Positions 1 through 10,300 of a stretch of DNA of 64,000 nucleotides are shown here, one piece after another. Within the stretch, counting starts at the first letter, position 1. Each line of letters begins with the position of its first letter. Where the stretch lies: positions 62,001-126,000 of the IMG/VR virus record IMGVR_UViG_3300028840_001395; one strand, 5' to 3'. Made by a program: the position numbers and the translations under genes. Below the pieces are notes generated by a model. That model was given only the letters and a program-made list of their open reading frames with translations. It was not told the DNA's origin and did no database searches.

Positions 1-1540
1 CCACGGGAACCTGCTGGTGATACTTCTGGATGGTCTTGGCCTCGTTGACCACCTTCCGGCCCAGGTAGGCCTTGAGCTTGCCCCCGGCGACGGACTTGGG
101 GGTCTCCGCGCCCTTCTTGATCTTGTCGCCTAGATTCTTCCCGGCCTCGTAGGGGGGACGCTTGAGGCCGGACTCGGAACCATCGAAGCTGAGGCCCATC
201 AGCGCGGAGTTGAGGATGTCGAAGGGCTCGATGGGCACGCTGTAGGTTCTGGCGGTCGCCTTGATCGCCATCTCCAGGATGCCATACATCCCCGAGTACT
301 TCTTGTCGAACCACTCCGGCTGGACAGAGAAGCCGTTGTCCGCGAACCAGGCCCGTGCCTGGTCGAGTCCACGCTGGCCCTTGTCGAACCAGGTGCCCAC
401 CTTGACTCCGGCAGCCCCTTCGAGCACCTGGGCGCGGAGCATCTTGTCGTAATCGTCCGCCATCGAGGCCAGAATCCAGCGTGCGGCGACTCGGAAACGG
501 GCATCCTTGATGCTGGCTGCCCTGAGCAGCTTGAGCACGGTTCTCGCGGTCTTGATGTTCATTTCACACCTATCCGATCTTGATGCCTTACGTCGGCGGA
601 ACTTCTTGGAAAAGAGTATCTCGGGGTCAGGCCTCTGTTGGAACCAGGGGAGCCCTTCCATCTCGTATCGCTTCTGGAGCTGTGCCTGGAGACTCTGATT
701 GGCCCAAAGGGCGTCGAACACCCTTCGCCAAGCCCTTGGCCAGTACTTCTGGCTCAAGTCCTGTGGGAGGACTCCGGCTCGTTGAGCGACTTCCTTCTTC
801 GGGGGGATACGCTTCTCGGTCTCCACGATGTCGAGCCAGGTGTTCATCACCTCTTCGGTGCGGCCCGTGCCCGCCCAGGTTTTCCTCATGAAGTCGCGGA
901 TCTTCCTGCCCAGTGAATCTTGAGGTTGTCTGAAGATGATCTCCAAGAGGAAATCTCCGGCTTCCTCATCGCTGGCTGGCACAGGGGCGTCGTAGTCTTC
1001 AGGCAGGGATTCAAACTTCTTCTGTCGATTGGCCTCGGTGTATATCCCTCTTACCATGTAGCCCTGAAGGTCACGGTTGGCGGCCACGTTTGGACTCATC
1101 CTTCCAGAGAGGATAGCCTCAGCCTGATTCTTCCCGGCCTCGAAGACGGGACGCGACTTCTTCAGCTTCTCCGGGTCGATGATGCTCAGACCCATGAGGT
1201 AGTCGTGGATGACCTCGTAGGGGTCGAGCGACAAGTTGAGCCTCTTGAGTGCCCGCTGGATCTCCTTCATCACGATGTTGTAGACCACGGTGGAATCCAT
1301 GTCGAACCAGCGAGGGTCGAGTTCGTATCCTCGGTCGAGGAAGTACTTCTCGGCCTGCTGGAGACCCTTCTTTCCACGCTTCCACCAGGTATCGGGACGG
1401 ACTCCAGCGACCCCTTCAAGCATCTGCGTCCGCATGAAACGGTCGTATTCGGTGGACATCGAGGCCAGAATCACCCGAACACGGGGGTCTGATCTCCCGA
1501 GGAGCTTGATGATCGCTGCCGCTACACGAATATCCATCAT
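1..1540 (-). CDS. Hypothetical protein of two tandem homologous units, running off the left edge; unit 1 ends in an HTH-like segment
   Basis: Absent from the ORF track because no stop is reached. MMDIRVAAAIIKLL... reads in frame into MNIKTARTVLKLL... at 562. The units share ILASM..YD...R.Q.LEG.AGV...TW and LMGLS...P..EAGKN. Confidence 0.7.
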   Translation of the reverse strand, partial: MMDIRVAAAIIKLLGRSDPRVRVILASMSTEYDRFMRTQMLEGVAGVRPDTWWKRGKKGLQQAEKYFLDRGYELDPRWFDMDSTVVYNIVMKEIQRALKRLNLSLDPYEVIHDYLMGLSIIDPEKLKKSRPVFEAGKNQAEAILSGRMSPNVAANRDLQGYMVRGIYTEANRQKKFESLPEDYDAPVPASDEEAGDFLLEIIFRQPQDSLGRKIRDFMRKTWAGTGRTEEVMNTWLDIVETEKRIPPKKEVAQRAGVLPQDLSQKYWPRAWRRVFDALWANQSLQAQLQKRYEMEGLPWFQQRPDPEILFSKKFRRRKASRSDRCEMNIKTARTVLKLLRAASIKDARFRVAARWILASMADDYDKMLRAQVLEGAAGVKVGTWFDKGQRGLDQARAWFADNGFSVQPEWFDKKYSGMYGILEMAIKATARTYSVPIEPFDILNSALMGLSFDGSESGLKRPPYEAGKNLGDKIKKGAETPKSVAGGKLKAYLGRKVVNEAKTIQKYHQQVPV

Positions 1541-1761
1541 CCACCCACACCAGGTTCCTGTCTTTACAGGGATATAGGCGGGCAACCGAAAAAGTTGTCG
1601 CCTCCCCCCGATTTCTTGGTGTCAGAGGTTGACTTGTCAGGGGGGTCTGGTATTGTGGTCTGCAAGCTACGACCCGGACCCGCTGGTCATTAAGCTCAGT
1701 CCTGTCGTGGCCCGATACATAACCGTGGCTCAGGCCAATGGCCCCAGCCCAGGAGGAAGCG

Positions 1762-2910
1762 ATGCCCCAGTCCAGAGATCCCAGTCTCCCCCCTGTTCTG
1801 ACCATCTTCATCGAGCCGTTGCTCAAGGTGCTCGGTCGAAAGGTCAACTTCAAACCCGGCGTGTTCGTCAATCGCAAAGAGGTCATCCACGACGCCATCC
1901 GTGAAGCCGGTTTCGACCCCGACAATCTGGCCCAGTACGGCGACCCCGACAAGGGCTGGAAGTTCAGTGGGCAGAAGCCGATGGGGTTCCAGCGCCGTGT
2001 CTGGTTGGCCCACCGCAAGTGCTATGACCAGGGCAAGGGCTGGCTCCCCAAGGGTCAGGTTCCCCTCACCCTCAAGGGGAAGAAGCGGGGCTACCTGGCG
2101 CTCACCGAGGCGGGAGCCGAGAAGGCCAAGGCCCTCTGCGGAACCACCGAGGACGACACGGGTGGGAGCGGAGGGAACCTCACCGCTGACTTCCTCAACA
2201 AGCGGCTGACCGATACCGGGGGCCTCGACGGCACGCTCTACTCCTTGATGAAGGCGGCGGTCCGGGTCAAGCTCCCCCTGTCCGCGACCATCGGCATCGT
2301 GGACGACCACATCCAGACCTGCTTCATGAAGCTCATCCAGCGGGACGCCCTCCGCGAGCGCATCCTGCGGGGCAAGAACATCACCGACAGTCACCTCGCC
2401 ACCTACGCCGTCCGTAGCGGCTTCACCGACATCCGGCGCGACGGCACGGAGCCCGTGTGCCGGGAGATGTACGGTGCCCAGACGGAGCGGGAGCGGGCCA
2501 AGCTGCGGGAAGAAAGGGCGAGGCGGCAAGAGGAGAACAAGGATCTCTATGAGGCCCGCCCCTCCACCTCCATCGCCTCTGGGCGTCGTGTCACCTGGGA
2601 CAAGGACGACAAGGACTGGAAGACCATCGCGGACGTGGAAGATACCCAGGCCGTGGACGGCGACGAAGCGATGGCGAAGCGGGCCTTCGATGACCTGTGG
2701 GAGCGCATCGAGGTCGTCGTCCGCTACAAGAAGCCCAACGCCTGGAAGCGGTACATGACCATCCTCCGCATGGTCTCGAACGGCTGGTCTGTCAAGGAGA
2801 TCGCCCATGCGGAAGGCGTGTCCCGCAACCGGGCGGCTACGCTGGTGGCTCAGGCCCGGAAGTGTGTCCGTGAGGGTCGGAACTCGGATATGCTGGCGGC
2901 TGTCCTCTAG
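1762..2910 (+). CDS. Sigma70/ECF-like factor with N-terminal Mrr_N-like winged helix
   Basis: C-terminal region-4 HTH (GWSVKEIAHAEGVSRNRAATLVAQARK); region-2-like DDHIQTCFMKL; N-terminal ...RGYLALTEAG; SD AGGAGG. Confidence 0.65.
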   Translation: MPQSRDPSLPPVLTIFIEPLLKVLGRKVNFKPGVFVNRKEVIHDAIREAGFDPDNLAQYGDPDKGWKFSGQKPMGFQRRVWLAHRKCYDQGKGWLPKGQVPLTLKGKKRGYLALTEAGAEKAKALCGTTEDDTGGSGGNLTADFLNKRLTDTGGLDGTLYSLMKAAVRVKLPLSATIGIVDDHIQTCFMKLIQRDALRERILRGKNITDSHLATYAVRSGFTDIRRDGTEPVCREMYGAQTERERAKLREERARRQEENKDLYEARPSTSIASGRRVTWDKDDKDWKTIADVEDTQAVDGDEAMAKRAFDDLWERIEVVVRYKKPNAWKRYMTILRMVSNGWSVKEIAHAEGVSRNRAATLVAQARKCVREGRNSDMLAAVL

Positions 2911-3257
2911 GGAAGATCCAAGAACTCGTCCTCTTCATCTTCGGGCTCTGGCGGAGGATTGGCCGCGAGCATCTCCGCATCCTCCTCGCTCATCACCTGC
3001 ATCTCCCGGCACACCGGGTCAGCGAGAGCCATTCCGGGCATGTCATAGAGCCCGCTGGTGGGGATCTTCTGCCCTGTGGCGACGAACTGCCGGACGAAGA
3101 ACAGGATGATCTGGGCCACGTCGTCGGTGGTGAACCCGTGCGTGGCCATGCTCTGGGTGAATCCGACCGTGTTGGCGTTGATGCCCTTGGATCGCAGCGG
3201 CTGCCCCGCGAGCTGCTGGATGTAGGCTTCCCACTCTTCCAACGTCTGCAAGACCAT
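2907..3257 (-). CDS. Hypothetical protein
   Basis: Coupled to the helicase stop, acidic C-terminus. Confidence 0.7.
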   Translation of the reverse strand: MVLQTLEEWEAYIQQLAGQPLRSKGINANTVGFTQSMATHGFTTDDVAQIILFFVRQFVATGQKIPTSGLYDMPGMALADPVCREMQVMSEEDAEMLAANPPPEPEDEEDEFLDLP

Positions 3258-6200
3258 CAGGCTTCTCCGGACTTGCCCACGAAGGGCGACATCATCAGCT
3301 CCGCCACCTTGTCATCCAGGTCAGCCAGGGACGCATCCCGCTGAACCATCTCGGCCCACTTGCCCCCAAGCTCGGTCTTCATGGACTCGATCATGATGTC
3401 GTCAAAGACCTTCTTCCCGACCGCCTGCTGCGCCGCCTTGATCTGGTCGAGCGTCAGGTCGTGCTCATCACGGGGCTTCCCATCATCGTCGTCCGCCGAG
3501 TAGGTCGCGTCCAGGGTGAACTCATCAACCGGGTTCTTCTGACCCTGCCGCCAGGCTCGGGCCGTCCTCTGCTTCATCGTCTCTGACTGGGCGCTGTCCC
3601 GGTCGAGGTGAATCACCGTGTCGAACATCTGGAGGTTCAACCCGTAGGCGTACTCGGAACCCAACAAGACTACGGCCTTGATACCCTGGTCAGGGCCGAT
3701 GACCTGCTCGAAGGCGAACGACTGCCACATGTCCGGCCTGTAGTACTTGTTGTCCGTCATGTTCCGCCTGACCAGCGGGTGAGGCTTGTACTTCTTCTTC
3801 CGCAGCGGGAGGGGGATGACGGACACTTTGCCGCCCTTGTCGAAGTCAGCCTTGGTGACCGACTTGACGAGCCTGTCCCTCATGGACGGGGTGCGCTCGA
3901 ACACAACCTCCTTGAGAGGCGTCGTGCCCTGGTAGATATAGATCTTGTCCTTCAGGGCCACGGCAACCTTGCCGCCCATCTTCTGTCCGAGGAACTTCAC
4001 CGCGTCCATGCAGAACTCAGGGTCGTCCGCGAACAGCAACGCCCGGCTCGGGTTCGGCCCTCGCTGTGTCTGGGCGAGCTTCTGGGTGACGATCCTCTCG
4101 GCCTCTTGGAGCTTCGGGTTCTCCATCTGACGGGCGACCTCTCGAAGCTCTGCCTCGGTGGCCATCTTCCGCCACTTGGTCACGACTCGGGACAGAATCC
4201 GAGGGATGGGCTCGCCATCCGGCATCCGGTTCGTCCCGACCATCGTGGCGATGGTCTCCAGGGCCTTCTCGGGCCGGTTGGACAGATCTCGCATGAGCTT
4301 GACCACGGGCCGGAACTCCAGGCGGGCGAACCGCTTGACATCCTCTCCGCCCGTCCCGGCTCCGCCACCTTCCGTCCACTTCTTCGCCAGGCCGAACATG
4401 GTCTTGGAGAACTGCCTGGTGAGCGTCTGGTAGGCGTTCTGCACCGTAGGATCCATCTCGATGGCGACAGGGGTTCGGGTCGGCTTGTCCAGAACCTTCC
4501 CCTCGGGGTCAACCACATCGGACTTCTCGGCGTAGAACACGTTGCGCTTGACCCACTGATCAAGCTCACGCTTCAAGGAGGGATCCTCCTTGACCCCGAC
4601 CACATCGCCGCCCACGGTCTCGCAGTACCGCTTCTTGAAACGGCGCTTCACGGCCTGGGCTTCGCGGACAGCCTGGGTCTGGGCCGCGTTGTCACCTGGG
4701 AGGCTGAACGTCCGGATGTTGTTGGACACGGCAGCCAGGATGTAGGCTTCCATCGGCTCCTTGTCCATCGGGCTGGCCGTGAAACAGACCTTGCGGGGGT
4801 GCCAGAGCTTGAGAGCAGCCTTGGACGCCTGGTTGGTGCCCTTGAGCTGATGGGCCTCATCGAAGTAGATGGAGATGTAGAACTTGGCGTCGAACCTGTA
4901 GCCTCTGTCCTTCCAGAACTGCTGCTTCCGCAGACGGGAGTTCTTCGGGATCCTTCCGTGCTTCTGGGCTCTCCCGAACTCCTTGTAGTCCATGATGTCC
5001 ACCCGCTCACGCAGGGCTGCGGGGTCTGACATGAACTTCACGGCCTGCGAGGGCAGGTTGCCCTTGAGATGCCTCGGGCAGACGTAGAGGAAGCGCCCGT
5101 TGGTCTCGATCTCCTCACCATCCGGGGTCGTGTAGGAGGCACCCTCCTCGGCCATCCCGTCCCGGAGCAGCTTCTGCATCGCCGCGATGGCGGTCAGAGT
5201 CTTGCCGATTCCGGTGTCGAGCGCACAGACGCCCGAGCCACCGTTGGCATCGAGCCACGCCAACGCCTGCTTCTGCTTGTCGATGAGCTTGGTACGTGGA
5301 CGGAATCCACCAATAGCCTCCGCCGTGTAGTGCGGGAGGTTCTCCTCGGTGGTGGCCCTATCGGAGTAGGCCTGCTCCTGGGTGTACTTCTGCATCATCT
5401 CCATCGCGGACTGGGAGAGCGACATGCCCGCGAGGTTGTCCATGATGGTGGCGTAGTCCTTGGGGTCGAAGTAGAACTCTGCCGCCCGGCTACCGGGAAC
5501 CTTGTGGTAGGAGATGCTCTGGATGCAGTTACCCTTGGGGCTCGGCACGTTGCAGGCCAAGGCCTTGATCGCATCCCGGATTTCCTTGTCCGTGTTCCTC
5601 CCCGAGATACGCATGAACAGCTTCTTCGTCTTCTTCTTGACCCGCTTGCCCTTGATCACCATCGTCTCGGTCATGTCCGCGACCGTGGTGTAGGGCTCAC
5701 GCTGGGCCGGGTCGATGCGCTTGGGAGCCTTCCCCTTGCGGCCCGAGATCGGGCTGTAGGTGTAGGCCGTACCCTCGATCATCCGACCGAGGCCATTCAC
5801 CATGTCATCGAGGAAGATGCCCTTGTAGCGACCACCGACGATGACCTTGACCCCCTCATAGCGGAGAACGTCCCCTTCCTCATCCAGAATGGGCACCTGG
5901 GTCACCTTCGTCGGGAACACGCGGGTCAGCTTGCCCTGCTTGGCCAGGTCATCCGTCAGGGCGTCCCACTGCACATCACCGTCGAGGGCGTCCACTTCGC
6001 CCTCGGTGAGCATCCGCATCTTCTTGAGCGGAACCTCTGTTCTGGTCGAGATCAGTGCGAGCCTGGTGCGAGCCTTGTCCTTGCCCCGCATGTGCTGGCT
6101 GTACTGCTGCTCCGCTGTGCCGTCCCAGTTCCACTTTTCCTTGCCGGTCTCGGGGTTGATGACCCGGACAGGGGGTGGGCCTCGGAACTCGGTTCCGTCA

Positions 6201-6898
6201 CGGGCCAGGATGACGTGTTCCTTGGTCTTGGGGTCGATGCCGACGAGGATGGGCTTTCCAGCGAGGGGCTTGCGCTCGATCACGAGGCCCTGGGCCTTCA
6301 TGTGAGCTTCGATGTTCTCATCGATCTCTGCGAGGGTCTTCTTGCGCTTCACCGTCAGGGCGTAGGACTCGGGATCGGTGTCCCGCATCTTCTCCCGGCG
6401 CTGCTGCTTGGGGGACAGAGGGAAGAAGATGGCCCACCGCTCCATCCCCTTCTGCCGGGGCTTGAGGTAGATCTCCTTGTCACGGGCGACCTGGATGAGA
6501 AGCGGGACAAACAGTTCGTTGAGTTGCCGCCAGTGAGTGGGGCTGAGCATCCCCTGCCGGACGAGCCGGGCGAAGTGAATGTTGAGATCAGACCTCAGCT
6601 CTGCGATCTGATTCGTGATGGCCGGGGAGACGTTCTTCCCATCCACGGGACTCGTGATCTGGTTGAGCCGGTTCGTCGCCCTCCTGAACTGCATCCGAAG
6701 ATCGTCAGGGATGGGGTATCCCCGATTGATGGACTTCAACAAACCGTAGAAGTTGAAGAACTCCAGACCCTTCGGGGTAAACGCCTTGCGGAGACGCTGC
6801 ATGATGGGTCGAGAGAATCCCGGCAGGAGCTTGGGCTCGTCCTCATCCCCCTCGGGGGCTCCCAGACGGAGGATGGGCCTATCATGCGGGTAGATCAC
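3257..6898 (-). CDS. SNF2-family (SF2) helicase/ATPase, 1213 aa
   Basis: LDTGIGKT, FDEAHQLK, FTASP, GLNLQ, QRTARAWRQGQ motifs. Confidence 0.9.
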   Translation of the reverse strand: MIYPHDRPILRLGAPEGDEDEPKLLPGFSRPIMQRLRKAFTPKGLEFFNFYGLLKSINRGYPIPDDLRMQFRRATNRLNQITSPVDGKNVSPAITNQIAELRSDLNIHFARLVRQGMLSPTHWRQLNELFVPLLIQVARDKEIYLKPRQKGMERWAIFFPLSPKQQRREKMRDTDPESYALTVKRKKTLAEIDENIEAHMKAQGLVIERKPLAGKPILVGIDPKTKEHVILARDGTEFRGPPPVRVINPETGKEKWNWDGTAEQQYSQHMRGKDKARTRLALISTRTEVPLKKMRMLTEGEVDALDGDVQWDALTDDLAKQGKLTRVFPTKVTQVPILDEEGDVLRYEGVKVIVGGRYKGIFLDDMVNGLGRMIEGTAYTYSPISGRKGKAPKRIDPAQREPYTTVADMTETMVIKGKRVKKKTKKLFMRISGRNTDKEIRDAIKALACNVPSPKGNCIQSISYHKVPGSRAAEFYFDPKDYATIMDNLAGMSLSQSAMEMMQKYTQEQAYSDRATTEENLPHYTAEAIGGFRPRTKLIDKQKQALAWLDANGGSGVCALDTGIGKTLTAIAAMQKLLRDGMAEEGASYTTPDGEEIETNGRFLYVCPRHLKGNLPSQAVKFMSDPAALRERVDIMDYKEFGRAQKHGRIPKNSRLRKQQFWKDRGYRFDAKFYISIYFDEAHQLKGTNQASKAALKLWHPRKVCFTASPMDKEPMEAYILAAVSNNIRTFSLPGDNAAQTQAVREAQAVKRRFKKRYCETVGGDVVGVKEDPSLKRELDQWVKRNVFYAEKSDVVDPEGKVLDKPTRTPVAIEMDPTVQNAYQTLTRQFSKTMFGLAKKWTEGGGAGTGGEDVKRFARLEFRPVVKLMRDLSNRPEKALETIATMVGTNRMPDGEPIPRILSRVVTKWRKMATEAELREVARQMENPKLQEAERIVTQKLAQTQRGPNPSRALLFADDPEFCMDAVKFLGQKMGGKVAVALKDKIYIYQGTTPLKEVVFERTPSMRDRLVKSVTKADFDKGGKVSVIPLPLRKKKYKPHPLVRRNMTDNKYYRPDMWQSFAFEQVIGPDQGIKAVVLLGSEYAYGLNLQMFDTVIHLDRDSAQSETMKQRTARAWRQGQKNPVDEFTLDATYSADDDDGKPRDEHDLTLDQIKAAQQAVGKKVFDDIMIESMKTELGGKWAEMVQRDASLADLDDKVAELMMSPFVGKSGEA

Positions 6899-6911
6899 AG
6901 CAGCCTCCAGC

Positions 6912-7110
6912 TAATCCACCGTCACACCGAGAGTCTTGGAGATGTCCTTCGGAGGCGGGGCATACGTCCGGGCGAACTGGAGGAAGACCGTGAGAGTCCA
7001 GTTGTATGACCCATACTCTCCGGCCTTCCAGGCTTCCATCTGTACTGACGCTTGCCCCGAATGGCCGCGTGCTTGATCGTCGGCCCCCACTGCTTCGACA
7101 GGGTGCTCAT
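6912..7110 (-). pseudogene. Small, possibly frameshifted paralog of 7107-7340
   Basis: Starts MSTLSKQWGPTIKHA; a more protein-like continuation (MEAWKAGEYGSYNWTLTVFLQFARTY...) lies in another frame. Confidence 0.35.
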
Positions 7111-7340
7111 GCTCGCCTCCCGTCTTCCCATCCCATTGCGGCCATGTTCAGGAAGAAGATGAGATCCCCCATGTTGGTCTTCCGGTCCACCTTCAACCGA
7201 ATGGCGTTCAGCCGTTGGGCATCGCCCACGGCCAGGTTCCAGAAGCCATCCGAGTCCTGGAGGCGGTTGAAGTCCATCGCCTTGGGCGGGTACTTCGCCT
7301 CCTTGATGGTCGGTCCCCACTGCTTCCCCAGGGTACTCAT
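7107..7340 (-). CDS. Small hypothetical protein (QWGPTIKEA motif)
   Basis: SD GGAGG; motif shared with neighbours. Confidence 0.7.
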   Translation of the reverse strand: MSTLGKQWGPTIKEAKYPPKAMDFNRLQDSDGFWNLAVGDAQRLNAIRLKVDRKTNMGDLIFFLNMAAMGWEDGRRA

Positions 7341-7344
7341 CTCT

Positions 7345-10300
7345 CTAGTCCTCCCAGGCCAGCCACTCGTTCACGCTGGCGGGCTTCACACTGGCGACCT
7401 TCATCTCGGCGTCCGGGTAGCTCCGAACCAGCATCCGGGAGTAGAGGCAGCGGCCCCGCTTGCTTCGGTTCCGGAGGAACTCGGTGATGCGGGCGTGCTT
7501 CTCGGCCCGACGACCGTGGAGATCCGAGGCGATGCGCCCGGCTTCCCGGCGGATGGCGTTGCAGGACTTGAGGCCCAGGTCAGCCGTCTTGGCCTTGAAG
7601 CCGTAGAGGCCGTACTTGGCGTTGCCCGCCGTCTTGCCCTCGACCTTCTCGGGCTTCTCGGCAGCCTCGACCCCACGCTCGGCGCGAAGCTCCGCGAGCC
7701 GGGCCTGCTTCTTGATCTCGGCGGCGACCTTGGGGCCGATCTCCTGCATCGCCTTGACCAGAATCTGAGCCGAGAGGCTGCCCGACCGCTCCGCGTGCGT
7801 AGCCAGGAAGCGGGCGACCCGCTCGTCCTTGCGGTAGGCGGCCTTGGCCGTGGTGATGGCGGCCTTGGCGAGCTTGCGGGAAGCGGACTCGCAGTCGGCC
7901 TGGATCTTCTTGGGGAAGCCGTAGAGGCCACCCGGCTCACGGGCAGCCGTGCGCTGCAAGGCCAGCTTCTTGATGCTACGTCCATCAGGGCTGACCTTGA
8001 TGAGACCCCGGCGGGCGAGCTTCTTGATCTCGGCCTGGAGTTGTTCCTTGGACTGGAAATGGCGGGTCATGTCATTGACCCGAATCCAACCGCCGGTCTC
8101 ATACCCCATGTGGGGCAGTTCCAGCAACTCCATCACGGGACTCTGGGACTTGGCCTCGCGCTGGGTCATGCGGTCACGGGCCGCGTGCTTGCCGCCCTTC
8201 TCGCCCCACTCGGGGTGCTTCTTGAAGGTCTGGGCCAGGTTGTACTGCGGGCTGCCTTCGGGGCAGTCGTAGTTCGGGCTGCCCGGAGTGCAGCGGCCCT
8301 TCTCCAGATCCTTGGGAATCCAGTTCTTCTTCTCACCTTCGCGCTTCGACGCCGTGCGGGGAGGAGACCAGCGGATGCCGTTCTTCTTCGCCGCCTCGGA
8401 GAGCGGCATGGGCCGGAAACTCGTGTCCCGCTCGATCTGCTGGAGACCCGGCATCTTCTCCAGGCTTTCCAGTTCCGAGAGGCTCACGTAGCCCAGCTCC
8501 GGGAAGCCCAGGTCGGCCAGGCCGAACATCGTGTCCCGACCATCGAACTCGGTGATGAGCCAGGTGCCCCGCCCGTAGGCGTTGAAGAACTTGACCCAGG
8601 CGATGGGGTCAGGGTTGTCCTCCTGCGAGTAGAGCTTCGGGATCTTGCTGCGGATGTTCTTGGGCAGGAGCATCTGCTTGCGGGCCGTCATCCGCTTGCG
8701 GGCCGGAACCTCGTCCATCGAGCCACGCTTCTGGAAGGTGTCCTTGAGCCACTTCTTCAGCTTCTTCTCGCCGCCCTTGGACAGCATGGAGTTCATCTTG
8801 GCCTTGTCGAGGTCAGTGAAGTCGTCCAGCACGTCCTCGGCCCGGCCCTTGTTGCTGATGGCCCGACCCAGACCGTCGATGGCCTTCTCCCAGGGCAGCG
8901 AGTCGAACTTCTTGCCGACCTCGGAGAACCAGTTGAAGGCCCGCTCGGACACGTCTGCGATCTCGGCAGCCTGCTTGTCGAAAGCCACCTTGGCTGAAGA
9001 CGGGATACGGTCGCCATCCTTCCAGTTCCGGGGCAGCCCGAGCAGCTTCCGTGCCTGGGCCATGACCCGCTCACGATCCCCTCGGGCGTCCCAGTCCCTG
9101 TCATAGATGAACCGGCCCATCGAGGAGACCGCGATCTCCCCTCGTCCCCGATCCTCATAGAGGATGTAGTTGAAGGGGCCGTCCTCGACACGGTTCACCT
9201 CAGCGACGGCCTGCTTGTCGGAGGCCCAGATCTTCACGGGCCGACCGTCATCCGTGCTGACATCGATCTTCTTCGGGGCCGTCTTCTTGGCCCACCACAG
9301 GACGGAGGCCACGGCCATGTCGTAGGGCTTCCGCTCCGTCTTGCAGAATCCACCACCCTTCTTGTTCTCGAAGAAGAAGTCCTCGTGGGCCAAGTCCGTG
9401 GAGTAGGGGAAGGTGCGTCCGCCCACGCTCTCGATCTCGACGTCGATCCGGGCTGACCCATCACCGTTGAACGCGATGAACTCGTCGGTGATCTCGGGAC
9501 GGCCCGAGCCATTCTGTCCCTTGAGGACGACGCCATTCTCAGCCACGTAGCCCGCGAAGGCCTTGTCCCACACGGGACTCTTGGGCGGGATCTTCTTCAT
9601 CCGGCGACCCTGGTCCCAGGCCTTGGCGGCAGCCAGCTTGATGACATTCCACTCGTCGGGGGTGAACGGCTCCTTGATCTTCCAGTAGTTCGTGTAGCCC
9701 GCCGTCTTGCCCATCGAGGCCGACTTGTCCTTGTCGAACTTGTCCTTGTACTTCTCGGTGTTGTTCCGCCACTCCTCGCATTCCTCGTCCGTCATGTTCT
9801 CACACGGGTCAGCGGGCTTGCCCTCCTCGAAGCGGCCCAGCATCTCGTCGCCGGGAAGCTCACTTCCGTCAGGATCCTCCAGCCCAGCCATCTGGCAGTC
9901 GGGGGTGCCGCTATGAGGCCCCGTCCCATCCGGGACGCCCGGCCCCAGGACGGAACCGGCGAGGCGCTCCAAAGCACCCATCGAGGCCATCACCATCGAC
10001 CCGGCCCGCATGTCGTCAAGCTCCTGCTCCCAACCACGAGGGCGCTTGCCGAAGATGCCCAGGTAGTGAACCTGGCCCTTGGAGGGGTTGAACGACCGGA
10101 CAGCATACCCGGCCTCGGACGGCCCCTTCTGCGGATCCACCTGGCGGCGCTGCTGCGGGAAAAGCTGGAAGTAGACGGTGCCATCCTTGGCGTAGCGGGC
10201 GCTGAAGGCGTGGCCCGTGTAGTAGTTGGCGCTCTTCGCCACAGACCGGCCCCGACCCATGTACTGCTGGACAGCGACCTGCTGATCCTTGGTCGGCTTC

